The position numbers were made by a program, and so were the translations under genes. Below, one piece after another: positions 1 to 10,148 of a stretch of DNA of 64,000 nt (within the stretch, counting starts at the first letter, position 1; each line of letters opens with the position of its first letter). Source of the DNA: Bacillota bacterium (GTDB lineage: Bacteria; Bacillota; Clostridia; Lachnospirales; Lachnospiraceae); the NCBI GenBank assembly GCA_023435645.1, contig JAEYRK010000053.1, forward strand, positions 32,569 to 96,568. The letters are read 5' to 3'. Below the pieces are notes generated by a model. It searched no databases and was not told where the DNA came from. It worked only from the letters and a program-made list of their open reading frames with translations.

Positions 1-465
1 CCCCTTTGTGAGAAATGCCCTTTGATGCATCTATGCAGGGCCTTCCATCAGGATATAGTATCTGAGCTACCGATCAAGTCCGGTAAGAAGGAACGCAGAA
101 TTGAGGAGAGAACCATACTACTGCTGGAATATGGGGAGAAGCTTGCGATCAGAAAGAGGGAAGACAAGGGTCTTCTGGCAGGACTATGGGAGCTACCTGC
201 TCTTACAGAGCATCGAAAGCCTGCGGATGTGCTGAAGCAGCTGGAGGAATGGGGGTTGAAGCCCTACCGGATTGAATCGGCCGGTCGGGCAAAGCATATC
301 TTTACCCATATCGAATGGCATATGCTTGGGTATTATATATCGCTGAAGGAGCTGCCCTTGACTATGGAAGAGAGGGGGCTTATCTGGGCGGACAGGCAGG
401 AGCTGAAGGATAAATATACACTTCCGAATGCATTTCAGAAATTTCTAAAGATTTCAGTTGGATAA
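1..465 (+). CDS. mutY: A/G-specific adenine DNA glycosylase MutY, C-terminal part (5' end upstream of window)
   Basis: Frame 1 is open from nt 1. PLCEKCPLMHLCRA is the end of the Cys-rich Fe-S cluster loop. A NUDIX-like C-terminal domain follows (GLLAGLWELP, HIFTHIEW). Stop at 463-465. Confidence 0.8.
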   Translation, partial: PLCEKCPLMHLCRAFHQDIVSELPIKSGKKERRIEERTILLLEYGEKLAIRKREDKGLLAGLWELPALTEHRKPADVLKQLEEWGLKPYRIESAGRAKHIFTHIEWHMLGYYISLKELPLTMEERGLIWADRQELKDKYTLPNAFQKFLKISVG

Positions 466-530
466 GCAGGATAAATGTGCTATTATGAATAAGGAATCAG
501 AATAGTTTGATAAAGTTTGGAGTGATGCTT

Positions 531-1028
531 ATGAAGAATAGGTTCTATTTCCTTATAATAATTGCGGTTATTGTCCTATCCGGCTGTAAGGCCGCAGATG
601 AACAGACCTTCTTCATCCCGACTCCTGAGGTAACAGAGGCACCGTCTAAGGATGTGACCCCGGAGCCATCTGAGGATACGGAGGGGGATGCTGAGGCAAA
701 TGACCCGGAGGAGACCAATGCGCCGGTGTATGTAGGTAAGACTACAACAAAATATGTGAAGCTGGATGATTATGATGCGATTCTGAATATCAGATCAGCC
801 CCTTCAAGGGAAGGTGAGATCGTAGGCTTTCTGGTGCATACGGAGCAGGTAGAGGTAATCAGCATTGAGAATGGATGGGCAAGCTTTGTTTATCTGGATG
901 AGATCCGGTATGTTAGTGCAGACTTTCTGGTAGATAAGAAGCCGGCATACCTCATACCACCCACTTCAACACCGAAGCCGTCTCCTACCAAGGCACCGGA
1001 TCCCAATGATGCTCCGCCGGAGATTTGA
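531..1028 (+). CDS. Lipoprotein with SH3b domain and Pro/Thr-rich linkers
   Basis: Signal peptide with lipobox (MKNRFYFLIIIAVIVLSGC). SH3_3-like segment (YVKLDDYDAILNIRSAPSREGEIVGF..GWASFVY). ATG 531 lies 8 nt after GGAG, so the listed 507 TTG is probably too far upstream. Confidence 0.75.
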   Translation: MKNRFYFLIIIAVIVLSGCKAADEQTFFIPTPEVTEAPSKDVTPEPSEDTEGDAEANDPEETNAPVYVGKTTTKYVKLDDYDAILNIRSAPSREGEIVGFLVHTEQVEVISIENGWASFVYLDEIRYVSADFLVDKKPAYLIPPTSTPKPSPTKAPDPNDAPPEI

Positions 1029-1061
1029 TACAAGAGTGTAGAATCAGCTGACAGCAGACTG

Positions 1062-1946
1062 TCATTCACAAATAAACGAAATAAATTTTTTCATGGAATC
1101 GGAGAGGAAGGCATTCTTTAAATAACAGAAGCCGACCTCTCTTTTATTGACTGGAGTTTGCAAGGGGATCTGCACCAGTGACCCCTCCTTCAGTTCCGTA
1201 GCTACAAATTCCCTGATGACACAGGCAACCCCAAGACCGGTTTTGGCAAACTCAATCAGCAGCTCCATGCTGCTGACCTCCAGAATCTGCTTTGGTTCGA
1301 TTCCATGGTCCATAAAATAACGTTCAATGTATTTGCGAGATACATTCTTTGTATCCAGAAGCATAATATTAGCTGAAGAGAAAATGTCTTGGGAATCCTC
1401 CCTGAGGATCAGATTATCAAGGTAGGCCTTGGTTGCTACGAAGATATCCTCTGTCTCACTTAAGGTATGGAAATGGAAGCTGCCGATGGCTTCGGGCTTA
1501 ACCACCAGACCGATATCCAGATTGTTATTCTCCAGGTGCTTCAGGGTCTGAGCGGAGGACTGGCTCTCAATTGCAATCTTAATATGGGGATATTCCTTCA
1601 CAAAACGGTTCAGACAGGGGAGTAGCAGGTACTTACACAGAGTGGCGCTGGCTCCGATCCTAAGGTGTCCGATTCCCAGCTCATGGAGTCTGCGGATATT
1701 ATCCTCCCCCTGCTTCAAGGTATCGAAGGCATTACTGGTATAGGTATATAGAAGCTTACCCTCGTCGGTCAGACGAACCCCACGGGAGCTGCGAAGAAAT
1801 AGGATCGTATTCAGATTCTCCTCCAGGTTCGTTATAGCCTTACTGACTGCGGGCTGACTGATGAACAGCTGCCTGGCAGCATGGGAGATGTTACCGGTCT
1901 CGGCAACACAGTTAAAGATATGATACAGGGATAGGTTTTGCTCCAT
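1062..1946 (-). CDS. LysR-family transcriptional regulator
   Basis: N-terminal wHTH (GNISHAARQLFISQPAVSKAITNLEE) plus a LysR substrate-binding domain. Divergent from leuB. Confidence 0.9.
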   Translation of the reverse strand: MEQNLSLYHIFNCVAETGNISHAARQLFISQPAVSKAITNLEENLNTILFLRSSRGVRLTDEGKLLYTYTSNAFDTLKQGEDNIRRLHELGIGHLRIGASATLCKYLLLPCLNRFVKEYPHIKIAIESQSSAQTLKHLENNNLDIGLVVKPEAIGSFHFHTLSETEDIFVATKAYLDNLILREDSQDIFSSANIMLLDTKNVSRKYIERYFMDHGIEPKQILEVSSMELLIEFAKTGLGVACVIREFVATELKEGSLVQIPLQTPVNKREVGFCYLKNAFLSDSMKKFISFICE

Positions 1947-1980
1947 GGGATATTCCTTTCTCCGGACAGCTATGTATTAT

Positions 1981-1995
1981 ATAACTGTAGGTTAT
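1981..1995. promoter_or_regulatory. Candidate LysR-type (T-N11-A) operator ATAAC-N5-GTTAT
   Basis: ATAACTGTAGGTTAT is an inverted repeat in the LysR/leuB divergent region. The 11-mer ATAACTGTAGG recurs exactly at 2091-2101. Confidence 0.35.
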
Positions 1996-2111
1996 ATTAA
2001 CCATTCGTAATATGTATTTCAATTATACCAGATGATATGATATGATTGCAACAGATTATATGATGGAAGCTTAGAGCCATCAGCGAATACATAACTGTAG
2101 GGAGGAGAACA

Positions 2112-3194
2112 ATGAATTACAACATAGCAGTAATTCCGGGCGACGGAATCGGACCGGAGATCATTACGGAGGCGAAGAAGGTACTGGATCGGATCGGTGC
2201 GAAATACGGTCATACCTTCAACTATACCGAGGTGCTGATGGGAGGTATATCCATTGATAAAACCGGAGTACCTCTTACGGAGGAAGCTCTGGAGACAGCA
2301 AAGAGAAGTGATTCCGTGCTATTGGGAGCAGTCGGTGGGAATGTGGGACAATCGAACTGGTACAGCCTTCCGCCCCATCTGCGGCCGGAGGCCGGACTTC
2401 TGGGAATCCGTAAGGGCCTGAAGCTCTTTGCCAACATCAGACCGGCAGTCCTCTATGAGGAACTGAAGGCAGCCTGTCCTTTAAGGAAGGATATCATCGG
2501 TGACGGCTTTGACTTCGTGGTGCTGCGTGAGTTGACCGGGGGACTTTATTTTGGTGAAAGAAAAACCTACGAAGAGAATGGTCTTCGTAAGGCATATGAT
2601 ACACTGGTTTATGATGAGAATGAGATCAGGCGGATCGCAAAGCTGGCCTTCGAGATTGCGATGAAACGGAATAAGAAGGTATGTAGTGTGGATAAGGCCA
2701 ATGTACTGGATTCCTCCAGGCTATGGAGACAGGTAACGAAGGAGGTTTCTAAGGATTATCCTGAGGTGGAGCTGACGGATATGCTGGTGGATAACTGTGC
2801 CATGCAGCTGGTGAGGAATCCGAGACAGTTTGATGTCATCCTTACGGAGAATATGTTTGGAGATATATTATCAGATGAGGCTAGTATGGTGACAGGCTCC
2901 ATCGGTATGCTGGCATCAGCCAGCCTAGGTGATACGAAGCTGGGGCTTTATGAACCGAGCCACGGCTCTGCCCCGGATATCGCAGGACAGGATAAGGCAA
3001 ATCCCATCGCAACGATACTCTCGGCAGCGATGATGCTCCGCTACTCCTTCGATCTAATCGAGGAAGCGGATAGAGTAGAGGCTGCAGTAAAGGCAGTCCT
3101 TCAAAAGGATTACCGGACCATCGATATCATGTCAGAGGGAAAAACTCTTGTTGGAACGAAGGAAATGGGCGACTTGATTGTTAGTGAGATATAG
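2112..3194 (+). CDS. leuB: 3-isopropylmalate dehydrogenase
   Basis: 360 aa. [15 protein letters not shown]-terminus and [32 protein letters not shown] motifs. SD GGGAGGAG upstream. Confidence 0.95.
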   Translation: MNYNIAVIPGDGIGPEIITEAKKVLDRIGAKYGHTFNYTEVLMGGISIDKTGVPLTEEALETAKRSDSVLLGAVGGNVGQSNWYSLPPHLRPEAGLLGIRKGLKLFANIRPAVLYEELKAACPLRKDIIGDGFDFVVLRELTGGLYFGERKTYEENGLRKAYDTLVYDENEIRRIAKLAFEIAMKRNKKVCSVDKANVLDSSRLWRQVTKEVSKDYPEVELTDMLVDNCAMQLVRNPRQFDVILTENMFGDILSDEASMVTGSIGMLASASLGDTKLGLYEPSHGSAPDIAGQDKANPIATILSAAMMLRYSFDLIEEADRVEAAVKAVLQKDYRTIDIMSEGKTLVGTKEMGDLIVSEI

Positions 3195-3310
3195 AATAAT
3201 CAGGAGGTGACTCATTCCATACAAGGAAATTACAAACCGGAGGAATCCGTGGGGACGGACTTTAGGGTTCTAAAGAGTGATATAACATAATAGGATAGGA
3301 GGATTTTGCT

Positions 3311-4576
3311 ATGGGAATGACAATGACGCAGAAGATACTGGCCGCCCATGCGGGACTGGAACAGGTCACTGCAGGACAGCTGATTGAGGCGGAGCTGGAT
3401 CTGGTACTGGGCAATGACGTAACAGCCCCGGTTGCCATTCATGAGTTTGAGAAGTTTACATCAAATAAGGTATTTCATAAGGATAAGATTGCGCTGGTAC
3501 CGGATCATTTCACACCCAATAAGGATATCAAATCTGCGGAGCACTGCAAATGTGTCAGGGAATTTGCAATGGAGCAGGAGATTACGAATTATTTTGAGAT
3601 TGGTGAGATGGGGATTGAGCATGCACTGCTTCCTGAGAAAGGTCTCGTGGTAGCAGGAGATGTTGTCATCGGAGCGGATTCCCATACCTGTACCTATGGA
3701 GCTCTGGGAGCCTTTTCTACAGGTGTAGGAAGCACAGACATGGCAGCGGGTATGGCTACCGGCAAAGCCTGGTTCAAGGTTCCGTCCGCTTTGAAATTCA
3801 TTTTGACAGGTAAGCCTGCGAAGTGGGTCAGCGGTAAGGATGTTATCCTACATATCATTGGTATGATCGGAGTGGACGGTGCCCTATATAAATCCATGGA
3901 ATTTGTGGGAGACGGTATAGAGAACCTCTCTATGGATGATCGGTTCTCCATGGCTAATATGGCGATTGAGGCAGGAGCCAAGAACGGAATCTTTCCCGTG
4001 GATGCAGCCACAATCGCTTATATGAAGGAGCATTCCACGAAGGAATATACCAGCTACGAAGCAGATGCGGATGCAGAGTATGATGAGATCTATGAGATAG
4101 ATCTCTCCGCCCTCAAGCCCACTGTGGCCTTCCCCCATCTTCCGGAAAATACCCATACCATTGATCGTGTGGGGGAAATCAAGATTGACCAGGTTGTCAT
4201 CGGTTCCTGTACGAACGGAAGAATCGAAGATCTCAGAACTGCTGCTAAGGTATTGGAGGGCAGGAAGGTGGCGAAGGGAGTTAGAACCATCGTCTTCCCT
4301 GCAACCCAGAAGATATACCTGCAGGCCATGGAGGAGGGTTTACTCGCTACCTTTATTAAGGCCGGTGCAGTAGTTAGTACTCCCACCTGCGGACCCTGTC
4401 TGGGGGGACACATGGGAATTCTGGCAGCAGGAGAACGGGCTGTTGCTACGACTAACCGCAATTTCGTCGGCAGGATGGGTCATGTAAAATCCGAGGTTTA
4501 TCTTGCGAATCCCGCAGTTGCCGCAGCCAGTGCGGTCACCGGAAAGATATCAGGACCGGAAGAATTGGGTTTATAA
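3311..4576 (+). CDS. leuC: 3-isopropylmalate dehydratase large subunit
   Basis: 421 aa aconitase-family protein. MTQKIL..., GADSHT and CGPCLG Fe-S ligand motifs. AGGAGG 8 nt upstream. Confidence 0.95.
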   Translation: MGMTMTQKILAAHAGLEQVTAGQLIEAELDLVLGNDVTAPVAIHEFEKFTSNKVFHKDKIALVPDHFTPNKDIKSAEHCKCVREFAMEQEITNYFEIGEMGIEHALLPEKGLVVAGDVVIGADSHTCTYGALGAFSTGVGSTDMAAGMATGKAWFKVPSALKFILTGKPAKWVSGKDVILHIIGMIGVDGALYKSMEFVGDGIENLSMDDRFSMANMAIEAGAKNGIFPVDAATIAYMKEHSTKEYTSYEADADAEYDEIYEIDLSALKPTVAFPHLPENTHTIDRVGEIKIDQVVIGSCTNGRIEDLRTAAKVLEGRKVAKGVRTIVFPATQKIYLQAMEEGLLATFIKAGAVVSTPTCGPCLGGHMGILAAGERAVATTNRNFVGRMGHVKSEVYLANPAVAAASAVTGKISGPEELGL

Positions 4577-4662
4577 GCTGAAGATAGATTCAGTTTGCAA
4601 AAGGTACCTAGGTACTTTTTACACTATGATTGAAAGCCTATAGCAGGCATATGGAGGTAATT

Positions 4663-5151
4663 ATGAAAGCATATGGATTAGTTCACAAATATGGTGATAA
4701 TGTGGATACGGATGTTATCATACCTGCCCGCTACCTGAATTCCTCCGATCCTAAGGAGCTGGCAGCGAAATGTATGGAAGACATCGATAAGGACTTTGTT
4801 AACAGGGTGAAGCCCGGAGATATTATGGTAGCGAATAAGAATTTCGGTTGTGGCTCCTCCAGGGAGCATGCACCAATTGCCATCAAGGCTTCCGGGATCA
4901 GCTGTATCATAGCTGAGACCTTTGCCAGGATCTTCTACCGGAATGCAATCAACATCGGTCTTCCGATCATCGAATGCCCGGAGGCTGCAAGGGAGATCGA
5001 AGCAGGGGATGAGGTGGAGATTGATTTTGATAGTGGAAGGATCTATGATAAGACGAAGGGTAGCACATACCAGGGGCAGGCATTCCCTGAGTTCATGCAG
5101 AGGATTATCAAAGCAGAAGGTCTGATCAACTACATCAACAATAAAGCATAA
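4663..5151 (+). CDS. leuD: 3-isopropylmalate dehydratase small subunit
   Basis: Aconitase swivel domain ([26 protein letters not shown]). ATG 4663 is preceded by GGAGG. The ORF-track start 4630 lacks an SD. Confidence 0.9.
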   Translation: MKAYGLVHKYGDNVDTDVIIPARYLNSSDPKELAAKCMEDIDKDFVNRVKPGDIMVANKNFGCGSSREHAPIAIKASGISCIIAETFARIFYRNAINIGLPIIECPEAAREIEAGDEVEIDFDSGRIYDKTKGSTYQGQAFPEFMQRIIKAEGLINYINNKA

Positions 5152-5348
5152 TATGAATATAATTGAAAGAAGTGCCATAACCTTCCTTATACGAACCTGT
5201 AGGCCGGGAGGTCTGGTACTTTTTTTATGCTTTAAATATTGCTTTTAATTCCCGATGGGCATGCTATAATATGAATGAACGAGGTTATTCTTAAGGACTG
5301 CGAAAGGCTTAAAGCGGCAGGTAATCAAGATAATAAGGAGGAAGTACC

Positions 5349-5762
5349 ATGTGGATTTTTTATGCATTCATGTCAGCGATATTTGCGGCATTGGTTTCAA
5401 TTCTTGCCAAGATTGGTATTAGGAACATCAATTCCAACCTGGCTACGGCAATCAGAACAGTTGTGGTTTTGATTATGGCCTGGGGAATCGTATTTTTAAC
5501 AGGGAAGCAGAAGGAGCTTTCTACGCTGACGAGCAAGAACTGGAGGTTTTTGATCTATTCCGGACTGGCAACGGGAGCCTCCTGGCTGTTTTATTTCAAA
5601 GCTCTACAGATGGGGGAAGCCTCTAAGGTGGCTCCCATTGACAAGCTGAGTGTTGTTCTTACGATGATTATGGCATTTATATTCTTAGGGGAAGCCTTCA
5701 CGGTGAAAACGGCAATCGGTGGAATACTAATTGCAGCCGGAACGCTGGTCCTGGTTCTATAG
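5349..5762 (+). CDS. Small single-domain EamA-like (DMT superfamily) membrane transporter
   Basis: 137 aa with four predicted TM helices and EamA-like sequence (FAALVSILAKIGI..., APIDKLSVVLTMIMAFIFLGE). AAGGAGG SD. Confidence 0.8.
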   Translation: MWIFYAFMSAIFAALVSILAKIGIRNINSNLATAIRTVVVLIMAWGIVFLTGKQKELSTLTSKNWRFLIYSGLATGASWLFYFKALQMGEASKVAPIDKLSVVLTMIMAFIFLGEAFTVKTAIGGILIAAGTLVLVL

Positions 5763-5867
5763 GAGGACTCTCTAAGCAAATTGCTTTGTCGTTATGTGAT
5801 AAATCCTTAAGGAATGGAACCTTTTTCCTTACTGAAACATAAGTTGAAATAGAACTTAGAATTAGGG

Positions 5868-6674
5868 ATGATATTCAATATGAGTGGTACGATTAGATAT
5901 ACAATCCGGCCATATGATACCTTATGGATGCTGGCGCAGGTATTCAATACAACAGTAGATTCTATGATGGAGTTAAACCCGGGGATAGATCCCAGAAACC
6001 TCCAAGTCGGGCAGGTAATAACAATCATGCCGGGCTATCAATACTACCCATCCTATGGTAGTGGAAATACCGGAAATCCTATGGATGATTTTGATGATAT
6101 GGATATGGATATGGACATGGATATGGATACGATGATGTGCGATCTAGTGAATTATTTCCGTATACTATGGGAGCAGCATATTGCCTGGACCAGAATGGCT
6201 GTCATGGGTATCATCCATGAGCTTCCCGAGGCGAACCTGATCATTCAGAGATTACTTAGAAATCCTGTAGATTTTGCCAATGCTTTCAGAACCTTTTATG
6301 GAGATGAGATCGCTCAAACATTCGAAGAGCTGTTAACAGCTCATCTTACCATAGCTGCAGAGCTGGTGCAGGCTGCCAAGGCGGGGAATGCGCAGGCAGC
6401 TGCAGATGCAGAGCAAAGGTGGTATGCCAATGCAAACCAGATAGCAGAATTCTTAGGAAGCATTAACCCCAATTGGAGTAGCGAGGATTGGAGTGCCATG
6501 ATGAATGAGCACCTGGAGCTGTTACAGGAGAATATCATGCAGATGCTGGAAAAGAATTATGAGGACAGCATCAACGGTTTTGATGAAGTGGAAGCGCAGG
6601 CTCTTGAAATGGCTGATATGATGGCCGAAGGCATCGCAAAACAGTTCCCTGCTTATGAAGATAGTATGGTATAG
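5868..6674 (+). CDS. LysM-domain protein with (DM)n linker and helical C-terminal domain
   Basis: LysM motif (YTIRPYDTLWMLAQVFNTTVDSMMELNPGIDPRNLQVGQVITI), a DMDMDMDMDMD linker and an all-helical C-terminus. The start could be 5868 or 5880. Confidence 0.8.
   Translation: MIFNMSGTIRYTIRPYDTLWMLAQVFNTTVDSMMELNPGIDPRNLQVGQVITIMPGYQYYPSYGSGNTGNPMDDFDDMDMDMDMDMDTMMCDLVNYFRILWEQHIAWTRMAVMGIIHELPEANLIIQRLLRNPVDFANAFRTFYGDEIAQTFEELLTAHLTIAAELVQAAKAGNAQAAADAEQRWYANANQIAEFLGSINPNWSSEDWSAMMNEHLELLQENIMQMLEKNYEDSINGFDEVEAQALEMADMMAEGIAKQFPAYEDSMV
6096..6128 (+). repeat. In-frame hexanucleotide repeat (GATATG)x5 encoding (DM)5
   Basis: Direct reading gives gat atg gat atg gat atg gac atg gat atg gat. 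Confidence 0.9.
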
Positions 6675-6816
6675 AAGATGAATAACATAGGCAGCTATGG
6701 CTAGACAGTGACAGCATAGGCAATTAAGGATTCCTTCTGAAATGATACGAAGGGTATACGGCTTATATGTCTTCCCTCAAAAGACATACGCAAAGGAAAA
6801 ACATAGCTGAACATTA

Positions 6817-6851
6817 AAAGGACTACCTGCGATGCAGGTAGTCCTTTATTT
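6817..6851 (+). terminator. Rho-independent terminator after the LysM gene
   Basis: 14-bp perfect stem AAAGGACTACCTGC / GCAGGTAGTCCTTT, 3-nt loop, then ATTT. Confidence 0.7.
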
Positions 6852-7063
6852 AGAAATGAAAGCTTGGTATTTAAGAGTTGTGAGGGGAATCATGAACCTT
6901 TCCTTGGCGTCTTAATAAGATATAATGTCGGGATAATGTCAAATCTACGGTTTGTGAACGATATTATTATCAGCAATCATACCGTAGATCGGTGATAAAG
7001 GCTTTGCCGATTTCCTATAGCTAGAGATTATTTTAAGATAATTTATATCAAAGGAGTGATTAT

Positions 7064-7987
7064 ATGCTGTCTAGAAGAGACTTTATACGCCAGTCGCTGG
7101 AAACACATCTGTTTTTTGCCAGAATTATGAAGGAGCATGCTTTTTTTCTACAGGTCGGTTTTACCCCCAGGGATGATAGATTTAGCCATCGTGCAGATGA
7201 GCTAAAGCATGCATTTGAGAATTTCCTGGCGGACTGCGTGGCCCTGTCCAATGGGGTTATCAGCGATGATGTACTGCAATCTGGTGAGGTTCTCACCCAA
7301 TACACCCTGGAGGCAGAGCGGGCTACGGAATTCTATACATCAGTACCCTTCAATACTAAGCTGACACAAGCAGAGCTGGGACTTTGTGGAGGTCAGGAAT
7401 TTAGCCCGACTCTGGAGAGAAATGTAGCTATACTCAATCGAAGAGCTATTTTTCTGCTGGATGAGATTATCCGCTTTAAGAATACAATATTAAATGATGT
7501 TTTAGCATGTAAGATGTTTACGAATAACTATCCGCTGCTCATAGACCATATTCTGAGGGAAGCCAGATTCTACCAGAGACTGATTAAGAGACTGCAATCC
7601 AGGGAGGAGGTCAATATCCAGCGGGAGGCCTTCGAGCAGGAAATCTTCTGGAATAGGATTATGGCGGAGCATTCTAAGTTCATCCGAGGGCTTCTAGATC
7701 CTTCCGAGGAGGAGCTGTTTATAACAGCAGATCATTTTGGCAAGGAATTCGATCAGCTGACCTATGAAGCAAAGGAGGCCATGGAGCTATCCAGACCGGC
7801 TTTGGACAAAGTAACAGAGAAGAGCCTGGAGGCTACCTGTAAGTTACGGGACTTCAAGGCCCAGGGTACGGAAGGACTGCTTGACTGTAAGATTAAGTCG
7901 ATTATAATTCCTCTGTTGGCAGATCATACTCTTAGGGAAGCCAGCCATTATCTGCGTCTATTAAAAATTTTTAAACGTTGTGATTAA
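7064..7987 (+). CDS. DUF2935-family protein (duplicated helical-bundle domain)
   Basis: 307 aa. Two similar halves, each with an (I)MxEHAxF(L/I) motif (ARIMKEHAFFLQ and NRIMAEHSKFIRG). AAAGGAG SD. Confidence 0.8.
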   Translation: MLSRRDFIRQSLETHLFFARIMKEHAFFLQVGFTPRDDRFSHRADELKHAFENFLADCVALSNGVISDDVLQSGEVLTQYTLEAERATEFYTSVPFNTKLTQAELGLCGGQEFSPTLERNVAILNRRAIFLLDEIIRFKNTILNDVLACKMFTNNYPLLIDHILREARFYQRLIKRLQSREEVNIQREAFEQEIFWNRIMAEHSKFIRGLLDPSEEELFITADHFGKEFDQLTYEAKEAMELSRPALDKVTEKSLEATCKLRDFKAQGTEGLLDCKIKSIIIPLLADHTLREASHYLRLLKIFKRCD

Positions 7988-8057
7988 ATTACCTCGTATG
8001 ATTCTCTTTGTTCCGGCAAACAATAAGATTGTAAAACACAAGAATGGAGGGACAAAG

Positions 8058-8237
8058 ATGGCAGTTAGAAAAATGGATAAACCAAATGAAGGAATCAAAT
8101 GCATCGTCAATACCTGTGAGTATTATATGTCCGGTGATCATTGTTCAGCAGAGAAGATTGTGGTAGAACCCAGAAATGCCAGCAATTCCGATGATACAGA
8201 TTGCGCTACCTTCGCTCCTAAGGGTAATTTTAGATAA
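8058..8237 (+). CDS. DUF1540-family small Cys-rich protein
   Basis: 59 aa: MAVRKMDKPNEGIKCIVNTCEYYMSGDHCSAEKIVV...DCATF. GGAGGG SD before ATG 8058. The ORF-track start 7980 is unlikely. Confidence 0.75.
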   Translation: MAVRKMDKPNEGIKCIVNTCEYYMSGDHCSAEKIVVEPRNASNSDDTDCATFAPKGNFR

Positions 8238-8278
8238 TCTGTCATAGAAGTGCGATCAGATTACTATCATGTTAAATG

Positions 8279-8340
8279 AAATACAGGATGTCAGTAGTTA
8301 GCCCCTTCCTAAGGGACGATCTAAGACATCCTGTATTTTC
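8279..8340. terminator. Bidirectional terminator hairpin between convergent genes
   Basis: 14-bp stem AAATACAGGATGTC / GACATCCTGTATTT with an inner CCCTT/AAGGG hairpin. T-run on the right and A-run on the left. Confidence 0.7.
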
Positions 8341-8399
8341 TATCTTTATATCACTTACTTATAAGCTCTTTAAGAACAATGTAGCTTTATTTGTTATGC

Positions 8400-9449
8400 T
8401 TATCGAAATAATTGGATGGTTCCCTCATCGTTCAGCTTCTTAAGGATCGTAGCGATAACCGGCAATAATAAAAGACCAAGGACTCCCATCAGCTGGGCAC
8501 CCACAAACATCAGCAGCAGTGTCAGAATGGGATGCAGACCAATTTGCTGACCGACGATTTTAGGCTCAATTGTTTGACGTACTACGGTTATAACAACATA
8601 GAGTATCAGCATTCCGATACCGACTTTTGTATTACCAAGGATCAATGCGATTCCTGCCCAAGGAAGCAGTATCAATCCTGTGCCCAGAATCGGTAGCACA
8701 TCAATAATTGCAATCAGGGCTCCATACAGCGCTGGGTTAGGTATGCCAATGATCCATAGGCCGACGGATAATTCTATAAAGGTGATAGAAATGATGGTGG
8801 TATAGGCACGGATGAATTTACCCAGAGTGCCGATGCCATTATCCTTAAGCTTCAGCAGCATCTCCCTACGCTCTCCCTTGAATTGCTTCATTACGAAATT
8901 CGAGATTCGGTAATAATCAATTGTAAAGAAGAAGGAGGATACGATGGTAAAGATCAGCTTGATGAGAAGCGTCGGAAGACCACCTGCAACTCCGGTAATC
9001 ATCCCGATTACTGAGGAGGAAGCATTCTTAACAAAAGCAAAGGTGGTATTATTCAGATCCTCTACATAGGGCCTGATCTGAGGAAACTGAAGCATCAGGT
9101 TATCCCCTGCCTTATCCAGGGCAGGTTGAATCGTATCCTCATAAAGATTCGGAAGCCTTCCGAACAGATCCTTTAAGAAGGTAAATATCTTCACTCCGAT
9201 AAAGCTGAACAGGAGAACCAGGATTCCATAGAATATAATCAATATGAAGATGGATACGAAGGTACGCTTGATATGAAGCTTTGCTTCAATCAGATCAATC
9301 AGCTTCCGAAATACTACTGCTATAAGTAGGCCGATCACAAAAGGCATCAACATGGGAAGGAAATATTTTATTACGATGTATACCAGGCCTAATATCATTA
9401 CCACATAAATTACATGGATAATAAATGCCTTCTCTTTATCAATATTCAT
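8400..9449 (-). CDS. AI-2E/PerM-family permease, YtvI-like (sporulation integral membrane protein type)
   Basis: 349 aa polytopic membrane protein with AI-2E family architecture (C-terminal GLHPILTLLLMFVGAQLMGVLGLLL). Confidence 0.85.
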   Translation of the reverse strand: MNIDKEKAFIIHVIYVVMILGLVYIVIKYFLPMLMPFVIGLLIAVVFRKLIDLIEAKLHIKRTFVSIFILIIFYGILVLLFSFIGVKIFTFLKDLFGRLPNLYEDTIQPALDKAGDNLMLQFPQIRPYVEDLNNTTFAFVKNASSSVIGMITGVAGGLPTLLIKLIFTIVSSFFFTIDYYRISNFVMKQFKGERREMLLKLKDNGIGTLGKFIRAYTTIISITFIELSVGLWIIGIPNPALYGALIAIIDVLPILGTGLILLPWAGIALILGNTKVGIGMLILYVVITVVRQTIEPKIVGQQIGLHPILTLLLMFVGAQLMGVLGLLLLPVIATILKKLNDEGTIQLFR

Positions 9450-9503
9450 TCTTACCGAACCTTTCTTAACAATCAGGTGCAGGGTTTTGTTTCATAAAAT
9501 GCA

Positions 9504-10127
9504 TTAGGAATTCTTCATTACAATGCCTTCAATAATGTCTGCCACATCCTCACAATTATCACAGCATAGCTCAAGGCGGTGCATGATTTCTGTCCAGGTC
9601 ATGAGTTCAATGGGATCCTTGGAGGTGCGATACAGTTGATTTACCATTTTTACATAAAGCTCGTCGCCGTCCTCCTCCAAGCGGTTGATTTCGATCAGCT
9701 TTTCCTTCAGCTTCTTGGAGTTTTTGAAATTCTTAAATTCTACCAATGCTTCATACATCGACTTACAGCATCGTTCAATCAGCTCTGTAAACTTTAGCAC
9801 CTCAGGACGGATTTTTTGGATATCGAACATGCTAATAAACAGCAGAACATCCTCTACAGAATCAGTTACATCATCTATCTCCTGAGACAGATTGGTGATA
9901 TCCTCACGCTCGATCGGGGGGAGGAACTCCTTCACCAGATGATCCATGATCTCATGCTTGGCCAGATCAGCGGAATGCTCAATATGATGCATCTCCTTAA
10001 CCTTCGTCGGCATTTCCTCAGGATTGAAAGCTCCTAAGGTTTTATGAAGAATTTCAGCGGATTTTAATGAGAATGTGGATAGGTTAGCAAACGCCTCAAA
10101 ATAATTGTAATCATTTCTTTTACCCAT
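9504..10127 (-). CDS. DUF47 (PhoU-like) phosphate-transport-associated protein
   Basis: 207 aa helical protein (HxIExxADxxxH, EDGDELY motifs), adjacent to the PiT transporter. Confidence 0.9.
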   Translation of the reverse strand: MGKRNDYNYFEAFANLSTFSLKSAEILHKTLGAFNPEEMPTKVKEMHHIEHSADLAKHEIMDHLVKEFLPPIEREDITNLSQEIDDVTDSVEDVLLFISMFDIQKIRPEVLKFTELIERCCKSMYEALVEFKNFKNSKKLKEKLIEINRLEEDGDELYVKMVNQLYRTSKDPIELMTWTEIMHRLELCCDNCEDVADIIEGIVMKNS

Positions 10128-10148
10128 GTAAAGATACTTCCTTTCTAT

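Noticed and set aside
5230-5348. Possible guanidine (mini-ykkC or ykkC-III) or other riboswitch in the ~75-nt leader of the small EamA transporter gene.
   Set aside because: An ACGA tetranucleotide is present, but it is not closed by the conserved GC-rich stems, and I could draw no convincing paired-hairpin architecture.
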